Shown here in pieces: positions 9,191-18,414 of a DNA stretch of 64,000 nucleotides. Under the pieces are notes generated by a model. The model made no database searches. It had not been told where the DNA came from and saw only the letters and a program-made list of their open reading frames with translations. The position numbers were made by a program, and so were the translations under genes. The stretch comes from Spirochaetia bacterium (GTDB taxonomy: Bacteria; Spirochaetota; Spirochaetia; CADAEX01). The stretch's first letter is position 1. Every line of letters begins with the position of its first letter. Where the stretch lies: positions 1 through 64,000 of the forward strand of contig CAXXHA010000015.1 in NCBI GenBank assembly GCA_963662265.2, in the 5' to 3' direction.

Positions 9191-10039
9191 TTCAGCATCT
9201 CCCCTGTCATGAAGATACTGTACATGCGCCCTGATAATTGCCCTGTTGATAACATTGAGAGACAGGTTCTCCCTGAGACTGAGTTTTCTGAAAAGATGCT
9301 GGTGTATTTCATCAAACCCCATATCTCTTCCTGAAAGAGCATCGAGAATCAGGACAGAAACATTTTCAAGTGATTCAATATTCTTCTCAATAAGAGAACT
9401 GATATCATCACAATACCCGCCATGAGCAAGAACATATCCTTCAGCGTCAATCTCCCTTAGTCTCAGAAGAGATTCATGGTGAGCCTTTACATCAAATGAA
9501 AACATAAGCCCGTGCCTGGACAGTAGATCATTACCAAGAAGTGCATCGCCTATAAATGCGATATTATCAGGAGTTATTATCCCATGCATATTGGGGGAGT
9601 GACCGTTAAGCAGAACGAGATCAAACTGATGAATATCATTATTCAGATCAAGCTTCAGCTTACTTTCTTCAATACTGCGGGCCGATGCGGGGGAAGGCTG
9701 CGCGCAGAGAAATTTGTTTTTAAGTTCTGCAGGGGGAAATGCTCCGTAAAACGAGGCGGGTTCCAGAACAGGATAACAGATAAAAGCATCTTCTATTTCA
9801 GGGGCAATAATTTCCGAATTATATTTTTTCACAAAGTAACTGTTTCCTCCGCAGTGATCCGCATGGGAATGAGTGTTAAAAACATACCGCACATCGATAT
9901 TTTCAAAATTCCTGACAGCTTTTCTTGCACTTGAGTCATCGTTTCCTGAATCGATTACAAGAAGATCATCACCTGTCTTAAAAGCACCAATACATACAGC
10001 ACTCTCATGAAACCATGTATTGCCCCTGATTTTCTTCAA
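9149..10039 (-). CDS. MBL-fold metallo-hydrolase
   Basis: THSHADHCGG, GHSP, GDAL, AHG motifs. Confidence 0.9.
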   Translation of the reverse strand: MKKIRGNTWFHESAVCIGAFKTGDDLLVIDSGNDDSSARKAVRNFENIDVRYVFNTHSHADHCGGNSYFVKKYNSEIIAPEIEDAFICYPVLEPASFYGAFPPAELKNKFLCAQPSPASARSIEESKLKLDLNNDIHQFDLVLLNGHSPNMHGIITPDNIAFIGDALLGNDLLSRHGLMFSFDVKAHHESLLRLREIDAEGYVLAHGGYCDDISSLIEKNIESLENVSVLILDALSGRDMGFDEIHQHLFRKLSLRENLSLNVINRAIIRAHVQYLHDRGDAELFTDRGLLLVRRR

Positions 10040-10120
10040 AACTTTACTCCATGATTATTTTTTATTAGTATTATATATGTTACACTTTGTTTAAATATAC
10101 ATCAATTTACGGAATAAATA

Positions 10121-11899
10121 ATGAATGAGAAAGTTGATTCAAAACAGGAGCTTCCGCTCTGGAATCTGAAGAATATTTACACAGGATATGACGATCCTGA
10201 ATATATAAATGATAAAAAAGTATTTTCAGAGGCTGTTGCAGGACTCAAAAAAGAAGCAGAAAATGCATCATCCAGTACTGAATGGTTTACAAACCTGATA
10301 AACACGCTTGATAAGGCAGAAAAAATATTTGAAAACCTGAATTCCTACTGCTATGCACGGTACAGTACAGACACAGGAAACGCTGACAACCTAAGGGAAA
10401 TAAACTCACTCGAAACAATACAGCTAGACCTCCTTAAATGCCGATTTACTGTTTTAAACAATCTCACAGAGAAAGATATTGGAAATGCTGCCGGTAATGA
10501 ACACCTTTCAGAATACAGGCTGTTTATAAATGAAATGCTTGTAATGAAAAAACATCTTTTGACAGAAAAGGAAGAGGAGCTGATTGAGCTTCTGCTGCAG
10601 CCTGGTGCAAATTCGTGGTCAAGAATGCAGGAAGCAATATCTTCATCTATTACTGTTAAATGGAGCAAGAAAACAGGCGAAAGAAAAACAGTCACAGAGC
10701 TTAGAAACCTTGCTTTCGATCCGGAAAGGAAAACACGGCAGAAAGCATTCAAGAAGGAACTGAAAGGGTGGAAACAGATGGAACTCCCCCTTGCTTATGC
10801 ACTGAATGGTGTAAAAGGATTCAATATAGTTATAAATTCAAGAAAGAACTGGAAATCACAGCTTGAAAAATCACTCTTCCAGGCGAGAATGAAGAAAAAA
10901 AGCCTGAAAGCAATGATATCGGCAATGGAAAAATCACTTCCGGTTTTTCATGAGTATTTCAGACTGAAGGCAAAGGCGCTTGGACTTGAAAAACTTGCAT
11001 TTTATGATCTTTTCGCACCTCTTAACTCAGATGATTCAAAGGTATGGGAATTTGATGAGGGTAAGAAATATATAACAGACACCTTTCATTCATTTTCAGA
11101 GGATTTCGGAATTTTCGCGGAAAAAGCTTTCAGCAGCAGCTGGATTGACGCAAGGCCCGGAAAAGGGAAAATAGGGGGAGCATACTGCACAAGCTTTCCC
11201 CTTAATAAAGAGAGCAGAATACTTGCCAACTATAACGGCTCCTTCTCCTCGGTTTCCACTATTGCCCATGAACTGGGCCACGCATACCATTTCGAACTGC
11301 TCAAAGACAGTCTTCATGTTCATCAGGACTATCCCATGACACTCGCGGAAACTGCCTCGATTTTTTCAGAGATCCTGCTTTACAGCAGGGCTGTTGAGGA
11401 CAACAGGATAACCGATCGGATATCAATTCTGGATATGTTTATGCAGGAAATATCACAGGTTATTGTTGATATTCTTTCAAGATATTATTTTGAAAAATCT
11501 GTTTTCAAAAAAAGGGAATCCGGAGAACTCACTCCCGGCGAATTCTGCTCACTGATGGAAGAAGCCCAGAAAAGAACCTACGGTAAAGCAGTTTCCAAAA
11601 ACACATACCATAAATATATGTGGGCTGTTAAAGGTCATTACTACATACCCTCACTCAGCTTCTACAACTATCCATATGCTTTCGGGCAGCTTTTCGGAAT
11701 TGCTCTTTACAATTCCTACAGACTGGACACTGGTAATTTCCCTTCCGTGTACAGGCAGATACTAATGAATACAGGAAAGAAAAGCGTTGAAGAAACTGCA
11801 TTAGAAGCAGGATTCAACCTGGAAGATGAAAATTTCTGGCTTAACAGTTTCAATTTCATAGAAAATCTCGTAAAGAGGTTTTCAGAGGCTTTAAAATAA
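10121..11899 (+). CDS. M3 family oligoendopeptidase (PepF-like)
   Basis: WNL N-terminus, GKIGGAYC, HELGHAYH, AETAS, FYNYPYAFG. Confidence 0.93.
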   Translation: MNEKVDSKQELPLWNLKNIYTGYDDPEYINDKKVFSEAVAGLKKEAENASSSTEWFTNLINTLDKAEKIFENLNSYCYARYSTDTGNADNLREINSLETIQLDLLKCRFTVLNNLTEKDIGNAAGNEHLSEYRLFINEMLVMKKHLLTEKEEELIELLLQPGANSWSRMQEAISSSITVKWSKKTGERKTVTELRNLAFDPERKTRQKAFKKELKGWKQMELPLAYALNGVKGFNIVINSRKNWKSQLEKSLFQARMKKKSLKAMISAMEKSLPVFHEYFRLKAKALGLEKLAFYDLFAPLNSDDSKVWEFDEGKKYITDTFHSFSEDFGIFAEKAFSSSWIDARPGKGKIGGAYCTSFPLNKESRILANYNGSFSSVSTIAHELGHAYHFELLKDSLHVHQDYPMTLAETASIFSEILLYSRAVEDNRITDRISILDMFMQEISQVIVDILSRYYFEKSVFKKRESGELTPGEFCSLMEEAQKRTYGKAVSKNTYHKYMWAVKGHYYIPSLSFYNYPYAFGQLFGIALYNSYRLDTGNFPSVYRQILMNTGKKSVEETALEAGFNLEDENFWLNSFNFIENLVKRFSEALK

Positions 11900-11950
11900 T
11901 ATAAACAGTCAGATGTATCCTGATTTTCAGGATTTCATATTACAATCAAC

Positions 11951-12068
11951 AACCACCAGTAAAAGCGGGTGGTTTGGAAGCAGCAGCAACTTTTCGTAAG
12001 AAAAGTGCTCACTTAAGGAACTTCCCATCGGGAAGTGTCCGTAAAAGCGATATAAAAGCATTACAGGA
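11951..12068. repeat. Dispersed palindromic (multi-hairpin) element homologous to 38497-38851
   Basis: Shares AACCACCAGTAAAAGCGGGTGGTTT, ACTTT..GAAAAGTGCTC, CTTCCC..GGGAAGTGTCCG..AAAGCGAT and ATTACAGG modules with the 38.5-38.85 kb region. Confidence 0.8.
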
Positions 12069-12076
12069 GATGCAGA

Positions 12077-13153
12077 ATGAATAACAGTGTAGGAATTATC
12101 AGCGCAGGCGCCTGGGGCACTGCAATTGCCAAACAGATTGCGGAAAAAGGCAATCCTGTACAGATGTGGGACTTCATGGGCGATGTTGTTGATGATATTA
12201 ACAACAACAATGAAAACAGCAGGTATCTTCCGGGAGTAAACCTTCCGAAAAACCTGTCAGCATCCACTGATATAGAGGAAGTTTCATCAGGCAAGGAATT
12301 CCTGATTATTGCAACCCCTTCACTGTTTCTCATAAACACTGTTAAACAGCTTATTTCATCTCCCGAAATCAGGGAAGGAAAGACAATTATCGGGGTAATT
12401 ACAAAAGGGTTCATCCCCTCCCCTTCCGGCCCCAAATTTATTGTAAGCTCGCTCGAAGACTACCTGCCGGGATTCTACAGGGACAATATAGTATATATAG
12501 CAGGCCCCAGCCATGCCGAAGAAGTTGCAAGGAATAAACTTACCGGGCTTATAAGCGCGTGCAAAAACGGGAAAAATGCCATTAAAATAAGGGAACTGTT
12601 ATCAAGCAGCTCACTTGCTGTTTTCTCGTCTATCGATGTCATAGGTGTCCAGACATGCGCTGCAACAAAAAACGTTATTGCAATTGCCTTCGGCATGCTT
12701 GATGCTATCAAGGAAAAATCAGACATTTTCGGAGACAATACAGAATCGCTCCTGCTTGCTGCAGGGCTCAATGAAATTCAGAAAATAGGACAGGCTCTGG
12801 GAGCAACACACCCTGAAACATTCACTTCAATATCAGGAGTCGGGGACCTGGATGTTACATGCAGGAGTATACACGGGAGAAACAGGAGATTCGGAAGAGA
12901 AATCATACTTAAAAAACTTCTCAAGGATTTCAGCAGTCTTGATGACCTTATAAACAATATTGATAAAGTCGGGTATCTGCCGGAAGGTGCTGTTGCTGCA
13001 AAATATATAAACCAGATTATTGATAAGGAAAAACTGAAACTTCCTATAGCATCAACAGTTTTCAGCATACTCAACAAGGAAACTTCCCCACTTGAGGCTT
13101 TAAGAAACCTGCTTGGAAATTCCGCGGCTCTTATCAGCGGGGAAGTTGTCTAG
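12077..13153 (+). CDS. gpsA: NAD(P)H-dependent glycerol-3-phosphate dehydrogenase
   Basis: AGAWGTA, NSRYLPG, GPSHAEEV, KNVIAIA, SGVGDLDVTC, RNRRFG, EG motifs. Confidence 0.95.
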   Translation: MNNSVGIISAGAWGTAIAKQIAEKGNPVQMWDFMGDVVDDINNNNENSRYLPGVNLPKNLSASTDIEEVSSGKEFLIIATPSLFLINTVKQLISSPEIREGKTIIGVITKGFIPSPSGPKFIVSSLEDYLPGFYRDNIVYIAGPSHAEEVARNKLTGLISACKNGKNAIKIRELLSSSSLAVFSSIDVIGVQTCAATKNVIAIAFGMLDAIKEKSDIFGDNTESLLLAAGLNEIQKIGQALGATHPETFTSISGVGDLDVTCRSIHGRNRRFGREIILKKLLKDFSSLDDLINNIDKVGYLPEGAVAAKYINQIIDKEKLKLPIASTVFSILNKETSPLEALRNLLGNSAALISGEVV

Positions 13154-13227
13154 ACCTGATTAACTGGAAATATTCCATTACCTGTTAAAGGCCTGCTTAA
13201 AAGCAATTTCACACCTGCAGAATATCT

Positions 13228-14568
13228 TCATATCACAGTATTCTGCATACTGGACAGCATTTTAAGTTCACGCATATCAGCAACTGTAAATTTTTCCCAC
13301 TGCATCGGGAAAATTGAATTGTTCTGAAACAGCGGCTCTTCCCCGACAGGAAAAATGCTTTTTTCAACACTTTTGTCCCATAAACTAGACCCGGGAACTG
13401 GTGTAAATTCAGAAATGCTGATCCTTACACCGAATTGCCTCAGATAGTTTACAGAGTCTCTCACCTCGCCAGCATCCTGTTCAGGCAGACCTGCAAGAAG
13501 ATAAACAACAAGCTCATTTCTGCTGAATCCGGCTTCCTTAAGCACTTTTAACGTTTCTTCAAAAGACGTCAGGCTCACCTTTCGGTCGTTTTTATCATGG
13601 AAACTGCTTGAAGAACTTTCAAAGCCGAGCCTGACCTCCCTGAAGCCGGCAAGCTTCATCAGTCTTGCTGTACCATAATCGAGATAATTAATATGAACCG
13701 CATTCGGGAGGTAGAAATTAAGCTCTCTCCCCGACTCAACAACCATTTCAAGGAACGGAACAAAAATCGAATCCTTTTTATACAGAAGAGCATCATCATA
13801 AAATGCGAAATTGTTCGTATTCCAGTCTCTGCAGTATTCCTCAAGCTGGCTGTATGTATTTTCTGCTGTTCCTGGTCTGAAATCGGAAATAACCGATGAT
13901 GCGCAGTATCTGCACTTAAGGGGACAACCTGTGTTCAGCCTTAAAACAGCTGATTCCTCCCACAGGGGAACAGAAAGAAGCTTTTCCACGGGAGGGGTAG
14001 AAGGAAAAGGAAGGGAGAGATTTCTGAAAATATCTTCAAGCTGATCAATACTGTCGCCTGTAACAGTATAGTCTGCACCGCTTTTACCCCTGCAGTGCTG
14101 AGGAAGCAGAGTTGCGTAAATACCGCCTACAGCAACCGGAACATTGCCCCAGACTTTCCTGACTGCTGCTATAGCCTCAAAAACACCCTGGTACCAGTAG
14201 GTCATTGTTGATGTAACAAACACAATATCGGGTCTTCCGGCATCTCTTACCCTGTTTTCAAGAGACTCAATCTTTATCCCGTATCTGGAGAAACCGCGTC
14301 CTGTATCACCCAAAGCAGCGGGAACTTTAACAGGCTGCCTCAGGAATTTACCGGTACCATTCTTTCTCCTTGAAGGTTTTTTCATTGTCTCAAGAGAAAA
14401 GGGATCTTTCCAGTCAAGGGAATCGACAAAATCAACGTCCCATCCTGAGTCTTCAAGCCATCTGCCTATCCTGAGAAGGCCGTAAGGCTTGAGAAAAAGG
14501 TCAAAAAGCGCAAAATCATAAATCGGCGGTGAAATCAGCAGGGCCCGGGGCTTTTCCATAATCACCAT
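13228..14568 (-). CDS. B12-binding-domain radical SAM protein
   Basis: PPIYDF N-terminus, TYWYQG, GGIYATL, GCPLKCRYCAS, FYDDALL. Confidence 0.88.
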   Translation of the reverse strand: MVIMEKPRALLISPPIYDFALFDLFLKPYGLLRIGRWLEDSGWDVDFVDSLDWKDPFSLETMKKPSRRKNGTGKFLRQPVKVPAALGDTGRGFSRYGIKIESLENRVRDAGRPDIVFVTSTMTYWYQGVFEAIAAVRKVWGNVPVAVGGIYATLLPQHCRGKSGADYTVTGDSIDQLEDIFRNLSLPFPSTPPVEKLLSVPLWEESAVLRLNTGCPLKCRYCASSVISDFRPGTAENTYSQLEEYCRDWNTNNFAFYDDALLYKKDSIFVPFLEMVVESGRELNFYLPNAVHINYLDYGTARLMKLAGFREVRLGFESSSSSFHDKNDRKVSLTSFEETLKVLKEAGFSRNELVVYLLAGLPEQDAGEVRDSVNYLRQFGVRISISEFTPVPGSSLWDKSVEKSIFPVGEEPLFQNNSIFPMQWEKFTVADMRELKMLSSMQNTVI

Positions 14569-14748
14569 AATAAACTTTTTTCCACTGTTGGGAAGTATTC
14601 TCTTCCAGAATTCAGAAAAAGAATTTACATTCCGATCCAGCCTGAGGCAGCCTTGACACGGTATTAAGCATTAATCAGAAGGTGAATAAGCGGATTATTT
14701 CTGCCGTAAATCATCAAAAAGTTTATTTATCTTACTTTTCAAATGGAC

Positions 14749-14777
14749 TGGACATTAAAAAAAAATACTGTTATATT
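14749..14777 (+). promoter_or_regulatory. Sigma70-type promoter of tRNA-Cys
   Basis: TGGACA-17 bp-TATATT with a TGn extended -10, just upstream of the tRNA. Confidence 0.55.
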
Positions 14778-14788
14778 CTAACCATATT

Positions 14789-14860
14789 GGCGCCGTACCC
14801 AAGTGGTAAGGGAGTGGTCTGCAAAACCATGATGCACCGGTTCGAATCCGGTCGGCGCCT
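14789..14860 (+). tRNA. tRNA-Cys(GCA)
   Basis: Acceptor GGCGCCG/CGGCGCC, U73 discriminator, anticodon loop CTGCAAA, GGTTCGAATCC. Confidence 0.97.
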
Positions 14861-14892
14861 AAAAGCTGCTCTTTTAACGGGCAGCTTTTTTT
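14861..14892 (+). terminator. Rho-independent terminator after tRNA-Cys
   Basis: AAAAGCTGCTC...GGGCAGCTTTT followed by a T run. Confidence 0.8.
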
Positions 14893-15094
14893 ATACCCGC
14901 TCGTCAAGAGCAGAATACTCCACAACTTCACAAAAAAATCACACAGCTTTTCTTCCCCGGCTCATGATTCAAGGCTGAAATTTCACACAGTTTTTCCGCT
15001 TGCATACTTGAGATTTTGCGCTTAAAATCACCTTATGCAGAAACCGGCATAAAAATACACACAATCAGCCGGACTCTGATTAAAGGAGTTAATT

Positions 15095-15700
15095 ATGAAA
15101 AAAGTATTATTATTAACAGCAGTCCTGTTATTTGTCTTTATTTTTTCAAACAGTTTTTGTGAAAAAAGCTATGAAATAGAAAAAGCAATTGTCAACTATA
15201 AAATGACAGGCATAATGTCAGGGACAATGGAACTGATCTTCGATAAGTATGGAGAGTATGTTTCCACAACAACAGAAAGCCCCGGAACACCGAAATCAAC
15301 AATGATAATGACACCTGACAGCAGCTATATGATTAACTGGGAAGACAAGACTGCCATGGATATGGGAATGATGGGTGAAGGCATGATGGAAGATGAAGGC
15401 CCTGAATCTGATATCGATTTTGAAGATGAGGCAAAAAAAGTCGGAACAGAGACAATTCTCGGGAAAAAAGCAACAGTATATCTTTACGAACCCGAAGAAG
15501 GCGGAAAAGCAAAATACTGGGTATGGAAAAATATAATGCTTAAAAGCGAATCCGAGATAAACGGAATGAAATCAACAATGGAAGCCACTTCACTGAAAAC
15601 ACCAGGCTCCATACCTTCAAAAACATTCAAAGTTCCCTCAAACATAAAAGTACAGAAAATGCCTTCTTTTTCACTCCCTATACCGGGATTCGGAAACTGA
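15095..15700 (+). CDS. Secreted protein, DUF4412-like
   Basis: AGGAG RBS, signal peptide; KVGTETILGKKATVY, YWVW and FKVPS patterns typical of this family. Confidence 0.65.
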   Translation: MKKVLLLTAVLLFVFIFSNSFCEKSYEIEKAIVNYKMTGIMSGTMELIFDKYGEYVSTTTESPGTPKSTMIMTPDSSYMINWEDKTAMDMGMMGEGMMEDEGPESDIDFEDEAKKVGTETILGKKATVYLYEPEEGGKAKYWVWKNIMLKSESEINGMKSTMEATSLKTPGSIPSKTFKVPSNIKVQKMPSFSLPIPGFGN

Positions 15701-15912
15701 TCAGCAACATTAAACAGACAGCTTATCCTGCAGGATAAACTGTCTGTGCATTTTTAAAACTCAAATCCTTCCAGTTCGAATAACAATAAATAAAAATCAT
15801 ATAAATACCTGCATATAACATTTAAACAATATTGAATTTCTTAAATATTAATTTGATTATTTGGCAGACCAGTATTAGAATTTAAGGATGTTAAAAATAT
15901 AAGGAGAGAAAT

Positions 15913-16350
15913 ATGAATGTTGGATTTTATCTGGAAAAAAAGAAAGGGAATGAAGTTTTTTCAATCAACCTGAACAAGACAGTGTCTGACGGTATAAAAC
16001 AACTCAACGAAAAAAAAGTTGGAGCCCTCATAGTAACAGATGACAACGGCAGTATTCAGGGAATTATTTCAGAACGGGATATTCTCAGAAACGGCTGCAG
16101 CTGCGAGGGATCAGTAAAAAAGATTTCAGAGATCATGACACCGAAGTCTAAACTTGTTACAGCAGATAAAGATGAAAATATTGCTGATATAATAAAAAAA
16201 CTTGATGAAAATAAAATCAGGCATCTTCCGGTTATGGATGGTGAAAAGGTAATAGGAGTTGTTTCAATTACAGATGTTTTAAATGAACTGAGACAGCTGG
16301 ATCTTTTTGAAAATGAACAGCTGAAAAACTATATTCTCTCTCCATATTAA
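15913..16350 (+). CDS. CBS-domain protein (paralog 1)
   Basis: VGALIV, GIISERD, IRHLPV, GVVSITD; AAGGAG RBS. Confidence 0.93.
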   Translation: MNVGFYLEKKKGNEVFSINLNKTVSDGIKQLNEKKVGALIVTDDNGSIQGIISERDILRNGCSCEGSVKKISEIMTPKSKLVTADKDENIADIIKKLDENKIRHLPVMDGEKVIGVVSITDVLNELRQLDLFENEQLKNYILSPY

Positions 16351-16391
16351 AAATACAGCTGTAATACAACAATAAAACTGAATTCAAACCT

Positions 16392-16421
16392 AATGCCTTT
16401 CAAACTGAAAGGCATTTTTTT
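16392..16421 (+). terminator. Terminator between the convergent CBS and NUDIX genes
   Basis: AATGCCTTTCA-AAC-TGAAAGGCATT followed by a T run. Confidence 0.75.
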
Positions 16422-16516
16422 ATCGATAGAAAATTATACTTCATATTCTGATGACAGCTGTTTCAAGGACTTCTGCGTTCTCCGGGGATGGAACAACCAA
16501 ACCCGATATAAATGCC

Positions 16517-17086
16517 TCAGCTGTTTGCTTCCATGTATCTTTCATACCATGTGTGGGCAACAATGCTTACTGCATTTATAAATTCACCTCTCCCAAGAAG
16601 GGCTCTAGCCTCTTCAACAGGAACAAGCACCGGATCAATAATTTCATGTTCATCAAGGTCCTGTTTTTCTGAAAGAACAGGATTTACAGCAAGAAATGTA
16701 TGGCAGTCATTATTCATGAAAGCGGGATCAGGATTTGCTTTTCCGAGAAAAACAAACTCATCTGCCCGGTACCCGGTTTCCTCAAGAAGTTCCCTTTCTG
16801 CGGCAGCAGCAGGGTTTTCCCCCGGATCAACCAGCCCTGCAGGGAATTCCATGGTTATGGATGAACTTCCATGCCTGAACTGCCTCACCATAAGAAAACA
16901 ATCCCTGTTATTTTCATCTTTCGTTACTGCTATAACATTTACCCAGTCGGGCGAATCAAGCATTACAAAAGATCCTTTTTTACCGTCAGGTGAAATTCTG
17001 TCAACTTCAACTGCTTTAAAAATTCTGAAATCCCGGACATCTTTTCTGCCGGTTTCATACCATTCAAGGTCCTGATCATTCTTCAT
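16517..17086 (-). CDS. NUDIX hydrolase (ADP-ribose pyrophosphatase-like)
   Basis: VRQFRHG; Nudix box EFPAGLVDPGENPAAAAERELLEETGY. Confidence 0.93.
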   Translation of the reverse strand: MKNDQDLEWYETGRKDVRDFRIFKAVEVDRISPDGKKGSFVMLDSPDWVNVIAVTKDENNRDCFLMVRQFRHGSSSITMEFPAGLVDPGENPAAAAERELLEETGYRADEFVFLGKANPDPAFMNNDCHTFLAVNPVLSEKQDLDEHEIIDPVLVPVEEARALLGRGEFINAVSIVAHTWYERYMEANS

Positions 17087-17283
17087 AAATTAATTATATC
17101 AGCATTAAATAGTTATTTCTATATCTTTTTAAGCTCTCTTAAAAATAGTTCAAACTTAATATTTTAGACATAAACAAGTATAAATTCAATACCAAAAATA
17201 TTCGAAAAAATATTTTTTTATTGATTTATGGGTTATGCAGTATTAAAATAAAAAATGATTTTAATTTTAATAAGGAGATACAA

Positions 17284-17721
17284 ATGAACGTCGGCACTTA
17301 TTTGGAAAAGAAAAAAGGTCATGAAGTTTATTCGATTAATCAAAATCAGACAATCATTGAATGTGTTGATTTGCTTAATGAAAAAAAAGTCGGTTCACTG
17401 GTTGTTACTGATGACAGCGGTAACATACAGGGAATAGTATCTGAAAGGGATATCTTAAGAAAAGGATTCTGCGATAAACCAGAAAAAAAGAAAGTCAGCG
17501 AAATCATGACAGGAAAGGAGAAACTGATTACAGCTCCAAAAGAAGCAAACATAGCAGATGTCATGAAAAAACTTGACGAAAACAAAATAAGACACCTTCC
17601 GGTAATGAATGGTGATAAAGTTCTTGGAGTTGTTTCCATCACCGATGTCATTAACGAACTGAGAGCTATCAGAGTTTTTGAGAATGAACAGCTTAAAAAC
17701 TACATTCTTTCTCCATATTAA
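17284..17721 (+). CDS. CBS-domain protein (paralog 2)
   Basis: ATG 17284 after AAGGAG; same length and motifs as 15913-16350. Confidence 0.93.
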   Translation: MNVGTYLEKKKGHEVYSINQNQTIIECVDLLNEKKVGSLVVTDDSGNIQGIVSERDILRKGFCDKPEKKKVSEIMTGKEKLITAPKEANIADVMKKLDENKIRHLPVMNGDKVLGVVSITDVINELRAIRVFENEQLKNYILSPY

Positions 17722-17883
17722 ATAATATTCAGGAATACAATCCTGATTAAATTATTTTTTTTTACATTTATATAATTATTTTTTTATTTTATTTAATTTT
17801 TAATTCATCTACAGCCTTACAAAAAACCTCAACAGAACATGATGTATATCATGAGCAAATATTTTTTTAAAGGAGGTATTTTT

Positions 17884-18414
17884 GTGAATCAACTTAAGGC
17901 TTCTCACTTCAATGAGCAAAAATGCAGTGATATTATTACCAAGTACCGGGAAAAACCTGGTGATTTACTTACAATTCTGGAAGAAGTTCAGAAAATCACC
18001 CCTCACAGTTACCTGCCGGAAAAAACACTTCAGTACATAGCTGAAAACATGGATGTGCCTCTGTCTAGAATCTATTCAGTAGTCACTTTTTATTCATTCT
18101 TCAACCTGAAACCTCAGGGCGACCATACAATTACAGTCTGCCGCGGAACAGCCTGTCATACAAGAGGATCAAAATCACTTCTTGACGATCTGCTGATTCA
18201 GCTTGATATAAGAGACCTGGAAGATGAAGGAGAAGTATCCTTCACAACATCAGATAACAAATTCACAGTAAGAACAGTTGCCTGCTTCGGTCAATGCGCC
18301 TTAGCTCCTGTTATAGCAATTGACGGAGTTATTTACAGTAATGTTACATCGGAAATGCTGTCTGAACTGCTGAAAAAACTGACAACAAAAAAGAAAAAAA
18401 AGCAGGAGAAATAG
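17884..18414 (+). CDS. [FeFe]-hydrogenase gamma subunit (HydC/NuoE-like, 2Fe-2S)
   Basis: GTG after AGGAGG; VVTFYSFF, VCRGTACH, ACFGQCALAP motifs. Confidence 0.92.
   Translation: MNQLKASHFNEQKCSDIITKYREKPGDLLTILEEVQKITPHSYLPEKTLQYIAENMDVPLSRIYSVVTFYSFFNLKPQGDHTITVCRGTACHTRGSKSLLDDLLIQLDIRDLEDEGEVSFTTSDNKFTVRTVACFGQCALAPVIAIDGVIYSNVTSEMLSELLKKLTTKKKKKQEK

Noticed and set aside
14682-14978. 98-aa ORF
   Set aside because: Runs through the tRNA-Cys gene, its promoter and its terminator.
16512-17075. 187-aa + strand ORF
   Set aside because: Antisense shadow of the NUDIX gene.
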